A model generated the notes under the pieces. The model was not told the DNA's origin. It saw only the letters and a program-made list of their open reading frames with translations, and made no database searches. Positions 36,120 to 46,980 of a stretch of DNA of 64,000 nt are shown here, piece after piece; within the stretch, counting starts at the first letter, position 1, and the number at the start of each line of letters is the position of its first letter. A program made the position numbers and the translations under genes. This stretch comes from Saccostrea cucullata (lineage: Eukaryota), in assembly GCF_032062105.1 (NCBI RefSeq), contig NW_026919154.1:62001-126000 (forward strand), read 5' to 3'.

Positions 36120-36930
36120 AATAGAAGAGTTTCTATTCATTAATATTCGTTACTTACCTTTATGGGGAGAAGGTTTACTATATGGTAGTCTTATGTGGTA
36201 CATATATCCGGAGTTGGGTGTATAAAGTTATCTTCGGGAGACATTTAACTCAGAGTGAATGCTACTATAATTATAGTTATCTAAAAGATTTTAGGATAGA
36301 AAATGTTAATTTTCGAACGTGTTATCAAATATCAATGGTTATTTCTAGTCATATGTCTAATCGATATATCACAGTAAACTTGAATAAAAATACAAGGTCA
36401 AGTTTGTATATATATGTTACATCTACTTGGTTAGATTAAGGAATGGTTAATACTTAATAAAATATTATGATACACGCTGACCATTTTTTTTCTCTCTCTT
36501 CAGCTTCCCTTATTTATGTAGAATTATATCACACAGGTTTAACTTTCCACACGATGGAAGAGTTTCTTTATATTAATATTCGAAGGGGATTTACTTAACT
36601 CTATCGGGAGAAGATCTACTATATGGTAGTCCTCTGAGGATATATGAGGGAGATGGGGTGTATAGAGATATTTTTGGTAGAACTTTATCTCTAAGTGAAT
36701 GTTACTTTAATTATACTTTTCATCTAAAAGATTTTTAGGAAAGGACATGTTAATTTTAAGACGTAATATCAATTATCAATTATTGTTTCCATTTATATGT
36801 CATATCGATATATCTTAGTACACTTGAATAAAAATACAAACCCAAGATTGACATATATGTCATATCTACTTTGTTAGTTGTAGTCGCAGATTATAATAAA
36901 TAAACACATTATGATACACAACTTTTCCTC
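36120..36930 (+). repeat. Diverged tandem duplication, period ~430 bp
   Basis: gaagagtttct, tactatatggtagtc, cttgaataaaaatacaa and catatctactt-like motifs each occur twice, ~430 bp apart. Confidence 0.8.
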
Positions 36931-37100
36931 TCGTTAACAATCCTTATTTATGTTGTATTATATAATTTTCTCTGCTAGGAGTCCTATCTTTCCAAATTTT
37001 TCCAATTTCTAAACATGCATTATCTACCTTTATTAAAGAATAAATGTCTTTATCTTCCATTGCATGAATATAATGGAACTACAATTTTTAAAGAAATTTA

Positions 37101-38113
37101 CGCTCAGCTATGTTAAGGACCGATATGGAAAATGTGACCTTTGCACCGTTTTAATATGTATTGCTTCTTTTAAAAAATTTTAACAAAGCAACTAAATACT
37201 TGTAGAAAAGGTAACATAGCTATCAATAATGGATAGGACTGGGCCGTAGTTATTACCAGTTATATCGCACGTATCAGCTGTTTGTCACGTGACTTGTATA
37301 AAAATAGAATTGTTAAGCTGAATGTAGGAAATGTGGATAGTGCAGGGGCATACGCTTGTTTTTCAAGAAAATAATTGATACACATTAAAAGAGGTTTATA
37401 TCCTCTACCCAAAAAGTGCTGGGAGCTAGTCAGTGCAGTTTGCGAAGTACTTAAAATTTTACCGAAAATGCTTATAATAGCTAAAAATTTCCACTTCGCT
37501 TAAATTCTGTTATAAATAAAATTAATGTTATGTAGACCAGGATCAGCTCCCAGCACTTTTCAAAATATACACTATATGAGCAATAAATATTCCAAATTTC
37601 AAAATAGTTTATGCCCTTGCACTTTTGATGTATATAACGAATACGCTCATCGTTTTAGCGATATTCTCTATATTCCTTATCCCTGTGCAGCTTCAATGCT
37701 ACTAGATAAATTCATATTCTATACACATTGTATTAAATAAATTATTTTCTTTTAGTTTTAATGATTAGGTCTGAAAATAAGCAATGGAATCAAATTTATT
37801 TAAGCATTCTTGTAATTATCAAACCAGTGAATTTGCTCCTCTGGATCACTTGTGCTGCGTCAAGTCAAGGCTGATGACGTCATATTTGACAAAAGGCTTT
37901 CTTCTATTACTCGACTGTATCGCTAGCAAGTATTGCAATTTTACAAGATTTTATGAATAATCGATAAAATAGATAAATTCAAGTTGTTATTTACGCATGA
38001 TCATGTCGTTAATTAATTTTTGTAGCTTGTTAAATTTCAATGACGTCACAATTAAACTTCCAATACGATGTACAAGGAATGTGAACTCTGACCTTCCTTA
38101 ACATAGCCGAGCG
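37101..38113. mobile_element. ~1.0-kb non-autonomous TIR element
   Basis: cgctcagctatgttaagga / tccttaacatagccgagcg; empty site aagaaatttatgcatatgg at ~21332. Confidence 0.85.
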
Positions 38114-39714
38114 CATATGGCATTAAGCTTAAAAAAAGGTAATGTAGTTTAAGAATGAAAAAAAAAGTCGAATGTTCATTGGTGTATGCTTGTATTTTTA
38201 TGGTAAAATTTTCATGAAATAAAACATGTTCTTTTATTCATCTTTTAAACTACAACTTATACAGATGTTATAAGAAATTTATTGATTTTTCAAAACAGCA
38301 GAGCATTTTTATTATGTTACTTCGTTTTATACAGAGAACTCAATAATCTAGACAAATAGAAAATAGTTCTGGACATAAACTCGGAAATCCCTGTGATAAA
38401 AGAACAAATTATTAATTAAGATACCTTTTTTTTTTAGTTTTTACTTGTGATTTAAACTTAGGGAAGCTATCTGCTTTTTCTTGTTTGTGATTTGAATTAG
38501 TATGGCGAAATTTTTATTCGAATATTATATTGAAATACGATAAACATACGCTGCAAGGCACAATAATTCCTTATTTGAACTTCAATTTTATCTTTAGTTT
38601 TTTTTTATTAAAAAAAAAATACTAAAAGTATTTCTCTATTCAGAGGTTAATAATAGATTTAAATGACACGGCGTTTTCCATATCTGGGTCTTTTGAGTCT
38701 AATTTTAAATTAGGTTTTCTCGATACACAGGTAATATTATCTACGTTATAAGACATCGATTTTATCCTGTTACTTACAACAGTGTTTTGATTTTCAGAAA
38801 TAGAGTACAGGTAATGGTGTGCACAATACAAACCGAAAGTTAAATAAAGGTAAGATATTTTTTTCGTTTAAAGGAAATATTTTGTCGGGTCATTTAGAAA
38901 ACAAGGTACCGAATGGTGGTGTTTTATAACACATTGTCAAGAGATTCGAATCTATTAATTTACGGATCAACAATAAAAGTGTTTCACCATTTTAGTGCAT
39001 GTATCCCTTAGAAGCATATCTTAACTTTCCACCTAAACCTCTGCATACGAACTTTTGATTATTTTGTCAACTGATAATATAGAACATATTGTTTTGTTAA
39101 TCAACAGATCGAGAATTTTTTTAAAGTGTGGGCAAGATGACGTCAATCAAAGAACACAAGTTTTCGTAATATTGGCATTAAGAGATGTTTTTGAACTCTA
39201 GAAAATGAAAAGAACCATGTAAACATGGTCAAAAATAAAATATTTTAATTCTGTAATGCTGTATCTGTCATTTTGATTAAAATCTACCACCGTTGACGTC
39301 ATATATGTATATCATGCAACTTGGGAATTGATCATGTCGTGTAAATAGAATTGGCATGTACAAAGATACGTAAAATGGAGTTAAAGATTAACATCGTGAA
39401 TACTATGTGACATTTATATGGAGTTCAGTTTATCAAACAGGTATGCTAATTTATTTTCCTCGACTTTATTCTCTTTTGAAGACAGTCAGATATAAACGTA
39501 CCCTGGTCGGCCTTTCCTCTGTCATTCATGAAAAAAATAATGCAACAGAACAACAAACAGCTTGATATTTTAAAAAACATGAGATTAGTACAGATTGAAA
39601 GTGTACCTTCTAAAATACTTGGAAAGTGCTGTTAGAATCCGAGTTAAGCATGGCTTTACGAAAAATCTCGGTTCATATGTATAAAATTCGATACAATGAC
39701 CTTGTCAGAAAAAA

Positions 39715-39976
39715 CAATTTGTCATTGAGTCAAATGCTGACTGACGTTTTTCATACCAATTGTTAGTCCATTATTTATACACTGAATTGACGACGGATTT
39801 CTTCCGTTATTTCCTGATCATGACAACGAGCACACGGCGGGTGTGACCGGTCGGTAGGGGATGCTCACTCCTCCATGGCACCTGATCCCACCTCTGATGT
39901 TTCGGAGGTCCGTGTTTGCTCTGCTCTGGTTTTGTATATTGTTTAATGGACTTTGAGATTGAATACTGTTCGTTAA
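39715..39976 (+). repeat. Interspersed repeat (retroposon-like)
   Basis: ggtgtgaccggtcggtaggggatgctcactcctccatggcacctgatccc; the segment atggactttgagattgaatactgtt also occurs at ~5788-5812. Confidence 0.5.
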
Positions 39977-41137
39977 CTCCATATACTACTTTATTCAAAA
40001 CATCGGGTAAGATTACGTGCAAATGTGACAAGACAGTGGGATTCTAGCAGCACTTTTTATTCAAAATGGGCATACTATAAAGGAGAAAAACACATATTTT
40101 GGCAACTGTGGGTCCTAATCGTTACCATGGCAACCGCAATGTCATTTTCTCTACATAATTAAATACCTTACAATTTGACCTTTCAGAAAATATGTAGGTT
40201 GCCTTATGTAAAAGTAACTAGAAAATGTCTAAATTTCTATCCGATAGTTTTTTGTCTATTTTCCAGAAAAAGGCAAAATCTCTGCTAGTCAAATGGTTAA
40301 CATAACCACGGGGGAGGGGGTTGAAAGATTTCCAGAGGAGGTGGGTTGAAGGGGAAAGGATTATTATTACGTACGTTTTACACACACACATGTAGTTTAA
40401 TGACTCAATAGGATACAGGTTTTATAAGGTTGGATGTTGGTCAAGCTGGGAAAAGGTACTTTAATGGATTACGTACTGAAAGGTTTTGAAAAAGAAAGGA
40501 AAATAAATTTCAGAACCCGAAAATCCATTTTTTATAAAAGGGATGAATTTCATTTTGGTTTTGCAACCGAATTTCTTTACATAATATAGCATTAGCCTTT
40601 CACTGCTCATTTTCTAAAGTAAAAACACAACCAAGATATGGAAAATTCTTCTATCTTTTTCGTTTCTGAAAATCTGAAGGGGGTTGCAACCCCGTAACCC
40701 CCCGCTGGATCTGCCAATGATGTAAAAATAACTTTTTAATACCGAATTTCTGAGTATTGCGTGTAGATCTTGTATACTTTTCATCTAAATGAGTCCATGT
40801 CGTACGAATATATTTTAAATAACTGCACAAGTGCCTAATATCATTTTCATTTTTAGATCCGCTTGGTATTTTATTTCAGAACTATCAAAGGTTAAAGAAT
40901 ACTATTTTAGAAAAATCTTGCCTAAATTCTATTAAAAATACATGTATAGAAATGCTTATGCATCAAAGCTCGTATATTCGTGTATGTCACAAAGCTCTCC
41001 TTAGATGATATTTAATTTAGCGAGACCTTGAAGAGGATGAAAACAAATATTTCAAAGTGCCACTAACAGCATTCAGAGGCAATATACGCTTTCTATTTGT
41101 TGACAAAACACAATAGAACAGGGAATTAGTGAAAAGT

Positions 41138-41155
41138 CATTTGTTTTTCAGATAT
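41138..41155 (+). promoter_or_regulatory. Putative splice acceptor, copy E
   Basis: catttgtttttcag|atat, identical to copy D, 36 nt upstream of the ATG. Confidence 0.7.
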
Positions 41156-41187
41156 CTACTTTTTCATCCCTTCATAATTTTGTGGGA

Positions 41188-43215
41188 ATGAATCATATAC
41201 CTCGGCTGTCAGAGGCTGTGTATGCAGGACTGTGTCGTGAAGTAGGGAGTCCTACAGAAGTGAAGTTCAGGAGAGAATTGTTGGACACTGAGGATGTGGT
41301 GAACAAACCTTTGTTTATTATAAGGGGATTTGAGAGAATGAAAAGTGGAAGTAAGCGTGAGGGATTCAGACTGAGAACTTCAGACACTGATTGGATGTTC
41401 TGGCCACCGGACCACAAGGTGATATGTGATATCTCTCAGATAAACCTCTATCGTATCCCACAACACATCGTGATTCTGATGGAGTGTGATGACCTACCAC
41501 CGGGATTTACCAGACTTAACCTAATTAGTCAATCAAATAAAGCAAGAATCAATTCTTCCTGTGTAGTAATGAATAACAATGTATACATATTAAGTACATT
41601 ATTCAGAGATAACCATTTGCATTTCTTAAATACCTCCAATATTCCTATTACTAGTGCTATCCCTCATGGACCTTGTTCTACCTATTCTGAATTCCAGGAT
41701 ACAGAGGATGACCTTGCGTTCTGTTTCCAGTCTCATCACTGGCCTACGTCAGCACTACCATGGATACAAAGATGTTATAAACGGGGATGGCCAGACCGGG
41801 ATGTTGTCTTTGACATATTGAGCGGAGGATTTCATGTTGTTCCGATCGGAAGCACTCCTGAAAATGAACAAGAATGGAGAATCTCATTCTCACGAGGTGA
41901 ACAAAAACTTGTTTATGCAATGAATCACTGTCAGTTTTTGTGTTATGGTCTTTTCAAATTTTTTCTGAAAGAAGTAATTAATTGTCAGACCAATGAAAGT
42001 ATTCTCTGCTCATATTTCATAAAAACTACTATACTGTGGGTCATACAGACCAATAGTTCCTTGTCTTGGACACCTGATAACTTATTGAACTGTTTCTGGA
42101 CATGTTTTAAATTAACGATATACATGGTACGTACTGGGTATTGTCCAAACTTTTTTATTCCAAAAAACAACATGTTTAGATCGAAAGTCACTGGTTCTGT
42201 ACAAACGTCATTGTTCAATCAGTTGTATGATTTTTATTGTAATGGAATATCTTGTCTACTTTTAAGTGACACAATTAGACCCTACCTCAGTATTGCTATA
42301 TTAAACAGAACATTGAGAATCTGTACAGACGAGATCAGTATTATATCCAGCACCGAGTTAGATAAACGCTTATACAAAGAATTACATTTACTATATCAAG
42401 GAGTAATAAGTATTGAGGATTTAGCAGTTTATATGAACCAAGTACAAATCATGATTAAGAAAAGACTTACACCGTATGAAACAGTTTCTTTACAATGTAT
42501 CACATCAAATATGCTAAGAGAAACTGCCATGTTTTTACAGACTAGACTTAATCAAAGTGAAACTCGCAATAAGGCTCTCTACGAAGTTAATAAAGGATAT
42601 ATTTTGCTTAAACAGTCGTGTAAGTTTGGATTTTTATCTGACATTATGTATCTTGCTATGTACTTCTACAGAACACGTAGATATGAAAACTCACTCAGTT
42701 ATTTAAATAAAGCACAGGAGGGAATGTCATTGCCGTATGTCATGTATAGGGATCATGTTAATGTTGATATGTATAGACACTACATGGAAAAGAGTACCCT
42801 GGGTACTAAGATGAGAAGAGCTGTAATGAGAAATATTATGCTTTGTTTTTTATACATTTATATTGATGAACTAGTGTTAGAACAGGAGATCAGTAAGAAG
42901 CATGGTATGTGTGCATTATTTATCCCACCTCTAGTGATGTTAAACATGTTGTTAATACTGAATCACCACAGACTGGGTCACACAGTGACGTCACAACAAT
43001 CTATACGTGATCTACAGACTCTCCTGCTCTATGATGACGGAGTTTATGTACCTTATCTCTTCAGAGACATTTCGTGGCAATTACTGGGAATCTGTCAACA
43101 AATCTGTGGAGACTATTCGGGATCTCTTCGGTCTTATCAATATTCCTCACAACAAAAACCATTTCACAAGATTCAGGAAGCAACATTGTTCAGAAAAAAC
43201 ACTCTTCCAATGTGA
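41188..43215 (+). CDS. Mab-21/cGAS-like receptor (cGLR) with C-terminal TPR-like region, intact copy E (675 aa from the ATG)
   Basis: The ORF track starts at GTG 41182, but the ATG aligned with the paralogues is at 41188. Motifs SGSKREG-x5-SDTD, EDDLAFCF, GFHVVPIG, EWRISFS, CSYFIKT, CPNFFIP and TPR-like ISWQLLGICQQICGDYSGSLRSYQ. Confidence 0.92.
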   Translation: MNHIPRLSEAVYAGLCREVGSPTEVKFRRELLDTEDVVNKPLFIIRGFERMKSGSKREGFRLRTSDTDWMFWPPDHKVICDISQINLYRIPQHIVILMECDDLPPGFTRLNLISQSNKARINSSCVVMNNNVYILSTLFRDNHLHFLNTSNIPITSAIPHGPCSTYSEFQDTEDDLAFCFQSHHWPTSALPWIQRCYKRGWPDRDVVFDILSGGFHVVPIGSTPENEQEWRISFSRGEQKLVYAMNHCQFLCYGLFKFFLKEVINCQTNESILCSYFIKTTILWVIQTNSSLSWTPDNLLNCFWTCFKLTIYMVRTGYCPNFFIPKNNMFRSKVTGSVQTSLFNQLYDFYCNGISCLLLSDTIRPYLSIAILNRTLRICTDEISIISSTELDKRLYKELHLLYQGVISIEDLAVYMNQVQIMIKKRLTPYETVSLQCITSNMLRETAMFLQTRLNQSETRNKALYEVNKGYILLKQSCKFGFLSDIMYLAMYFYRTRRYENSLSYLNKAQEGMSLPYVMYRDHVNVDMYRHYMEKSTLGTKMRRAVMRNIMLCFLYIYIDELVLEQEISKKHGMCALFIPPLVMLNMLLILNHHRLGHTVTSQQSIRDLQTLLLYDDGVYVPYLFRDISWQLLGICQQICGDYSGSLRSYQYSSQQKPFHKIQEATLFRKNTLPM

Positions 43216-43517
43216 AGCGATCTGACTTTTTCGACTAATTAACGTTATGTACAATCATTTTATTTTGTTGTAGGAGACTGATATATATATATAATATATA
43301 AATTTTGTTTCCTATATGGTTTTTTTGTTATGTAAGTAATCGGAAGTGTTATCGTTTCCCTTCTTTTGGTCTTATAGAATTATAAACAAATCATTACAAT
43401 ACATGCATAATCATTTTTTTCTGTAATAAAAATGTTCTTTTAAATTGTTATATTTCCTTTATTAAGATATAAAAAAAATGTTCATACGTTTAAACTTACT
43501 TTTAAAAACAACAGATA

Positions 43518-44755
43518 CTGTGAAATCACAAATTTTCGTGGGGTTTAATTTTCGTAGTTTTCGTGGTATGACGAGACCCACGAATTTATGTCCACCACGA
43601 AAAGTAAATTTTCATACGCAGCACAGATAAGGTTACAGTAAGGAGGCGGGGCCAAATTTGTACGGGAAATGTTTACTATGACGTCACACATAATATAAGG
43701 TCTTCAAAATACCACAAAATGAAATTATTTGCTATTTCAAAGAGCTTGATACCTGTATACTACATACAAACTTACTATTACATGCATTTTTGTCGTTTCT
43801 TAAATCCCACACAACAATATATAAACGATGCATCGATCACAATGCACTTGTCAATATGACGTCATCTCGCAAAAATGACGCAGTTTGTACACAGTGAGAG
43901 GCTGATCAAGAAATATTTTGTACGATGAAAAATGTCTTTTTTTCTCAAATAAAATATTATTTGCAGTAAAATAAAAAGCCGTTAACTTGGATGTGATGTC
44001 TATTTTAGTATATTTTTTATTAACTGTACGTGCATTCTCCAGACAAGCGATACTGTCGTGTGTTTGTATGCAGATTCATTGAAAAGGAATGCAAGGGCCC
44101 TAATAAATCGATTTATTGCAAGGGCATACCCTCAATGTATCTTGTCAAAATTTTACGCATAAACTCAAGAAGCATTAAGATTTTTGAAAAGTGCTGTGAA
44201 CCTCTTGAAATTTTGCAAATGAATTAATTATAGCTATATTTAATGTAGTTGATCAGCAAAATAGTCTACCTGCCATCCTACAAATAAAATTTTATCAATA
44301 AAAAAAGGGAATCTATATAGGTTGGCAGCTTTTTTCACAAACTACATATAGCGTTGAAAAGGATTATAAAATAAACTAAGATTTTTAACTTGGTTATGCT
44401 CTTGCAATATTGAAATTTATAGATGACCTCTAAACTGCAAGTATAATTGTCAAAGTCATGTGACGTCGACATCACACGACAAGTCTAAATAAAAATTCCA
44501 ATGTCCCCAACATGTGTATTTAAACCACATTACATAATTTTGATATCAGTGAATTCCTAAAAAGAATCGCCCATCCTAATAAAGTATGTATTTTTTATCT
44601 TAAAATATCGCCAATATTTCCATTTGTAACCTTAACTGTGCTGCGTATGCACAACTATTAAAAAGTTCCTCATCCATGAAATCAAATCCCCACGTACCAG
44701 CATTTTTTCCTTCAACCACCAAAATTTGACCCCATGAAAATATGTGTTTTTACAG
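43518..44755. mobile_element. TA-flanked MITE carrying a nested 1.03-kb TIR element (43617-44645)
   Basis: Outer ends ctgtgaaatcac...gtgtttttacag; inner ends cgcagcacagataaggttaca / tgtaaccttaactgtgctgcg; both TA-flanked. Confidence 0.82.
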
Positions 44756-45589
44756 TACTTAATAAAATTGTTAATTAATGAATTTTAAACTTTACAAAGT
44801 TACACGTTACTATTAAAACACCCCTCCCAGCCATTCAATAAAGCATGCAAGATTGCACCACAAGACAAAAATTGCAGCTTAATTTATACTATGCGATAGG
44901 TTCATCAATATAGAGATCTGAGCGAAGGAATTATTCTTTGCCAATTCAAAATGACTGTTTTTTCAGATCATTAGGTCGAATTTCGAATTTCCTCTAACCC
45001 AGCGCATTTTAGAAACACTGTAATTGACGTCCTGTCCACGGACTGTCATTAAAGCGTACGATACATAAGAGCATGGTTCTATCTAGCATAAGAGCCTGTT
45101 TAGGCATCTCCTTTATTTTGAGATTTTCAATCTAGAGCGATTGAAATGTGTACTAAAGTCATTTTCAGGAAGCATTCGCATCGGTACGGGGAGCGAAAGA
45201 TGAATTTATTTATCGTAATATGCTGCAATACTAATGATGGAAAGTTACAATCCCTTGAAACTCCATAATTGTGGCAAATATTTTGCGAAACATTTTTTTT
45301 TTGCTGACAAGATTCAAACTTAACTTTCGGCAATGGTATTAAAATCATTCAGCCGTTAAATTACGAACATTTACAAAATTGAATATAATTAAGGACAGAT
45401 GATACAAACAATTTTTTTCTTTGAAAAAGATTTAATATCCAGTCACAAGTTTAGAAGAGTGGATATTACTTAGAATATTTTCTCCTAAGAACTGGAAAAT
45501 GAAATAGACTAGTAAAATATTGGTAATATTTCAATAAAAAACAGATATAGACAAATCACATTCAGTAAAGGTTTACAGATTGAAACAAA

Positions 45590-45810
45590 TTTCAGAATAT
45601 GTTATCATGGTTCTAAAAGTGTAATATAAACTTTAGAAAAATATACCAAGCTTGTTGAATTTTAAGAGGAGGAACAAAATGACAAAAAATAAATAATATC
45701 ACATAGGCTGGTTTTTACAATTTAGCTTTTCCTAATAAAATTCAACCGGCTTGGTATATTTTTCTTAAGTTTATAATGCACTTTTAGCACCAAGATAACA
45801 TATTCTGAAA
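45590..45810. repeat. Imperfect palindrome with ~70-bp arms
   Basis: ttcagaatatgttatc...aaaaatataccaagc / gcttggtatattttt...gataacatattctgaaa. Confidence 0.7.
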
Positions 45811-46669
45811 GAAGAAGGTATGGTTTTAGCTTTATAGCGCCCTAAAAATGTCATGAAATCAAAAAGTTTTGAAATTGGCTTAAATATTAATTAAATATGT
45901 GACTGTGATAAATCAGGAAAGAATATGGCATGAAAGTTTACCATTCTGCAAATATGACGTCATTAATGTGAAGCATTTCTCTATTTTCAACAGAAAAAGC
46001 CTTAAAATGGCCCATTTCAAGGGTGATTTTCTTTTAGAAAACGAGGAAAACGAAAAAGCAATGGCGGGTCTACAAATGCAAACATATATATAGTATCATA
46101 ATAAGCACAGAGTTTGAAATTCATGCACTTAAACAAAATACTTTTATTTCCTATTTACTTCAAAAATAGGAAAAATTACATTGACCAAGCCCATTATGTC
46201 ACTTTCACAGTTAATAAAACGTTTCAAAAAATATGAAAAAGCTAATAAATTGGACTCAACCAAAAAAAAATTAAAAATTTAAAAGACAAAGAAAATTAAC
46301 CTTTCATGTGGTGACGTGGACAGCTGGTAGTTTGTAAGAGTAGAGTTATACTTCCTGCACTGACAGGAATTGGCCCGTGCCTCGGTTAATATAGCAGAAA
46401 AACCGGTTTAGTAAGGGAGTACAAATTTATTGGCCAATGAAATTTTATGTGTACAATTCATAAATGAAAGCTACTTACAAATATGGCATTAAGTAAATTA
46501 TGGCTCAGTAATTAATTCAGAAAAATAAAAGAAATATTTAAATAAATATGACGTTGCCGGATGAAGATATCCATACATTTTAGATTTAAAATTCTTTACT
46601 ATATTTATTATCATTTCCCCCTAAAATAGGATGCACGTACATGTATATGCTTTTTTTTCTTTTGCAGTG

Positions 46670-46980
46670 AAGTATGAATTCACCGGGATTAGACGAATTT
46701 CCGTGTATTTTTATAAGATGTTTTGGAAATATGTAAAAAAATATATATATGAAAGCCTAGTGAGATCATTTGAAGTTGGCGAATTATCATCTTCACAAAG
46801 ATCTTCTGTTATATCACATAAAAAGTAGCTTGGTAAGTCTTGATAACTAGCGTCCTATAAGTTCACAGAATTGTGATTATAAAAATTATAGCTTTTGTAT
46901 GTGCAAAGATACTACAAGTTATAATAGACAAACTCAATAATGACAATTATAATGGCATTATCAAGGGAATATTCATCGAT
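46670..46980 (+). mobile_element. Degenerate L1/Tx1-like LINE ORF2 fragment
   Basis: FYKMFW...SFEVGELSSSQRSSVIS, then N*RPIS.QNCDYK and IIAFVCAK: the pre-RT motifs typical of L1/Tx1. Confidence 0.6.

Noticed and set aside
41182-41187. GTG start giving 677 aa
   Set aside because: Eukaryotic gene; the ATG at 41188 aligns with paralogue starts.
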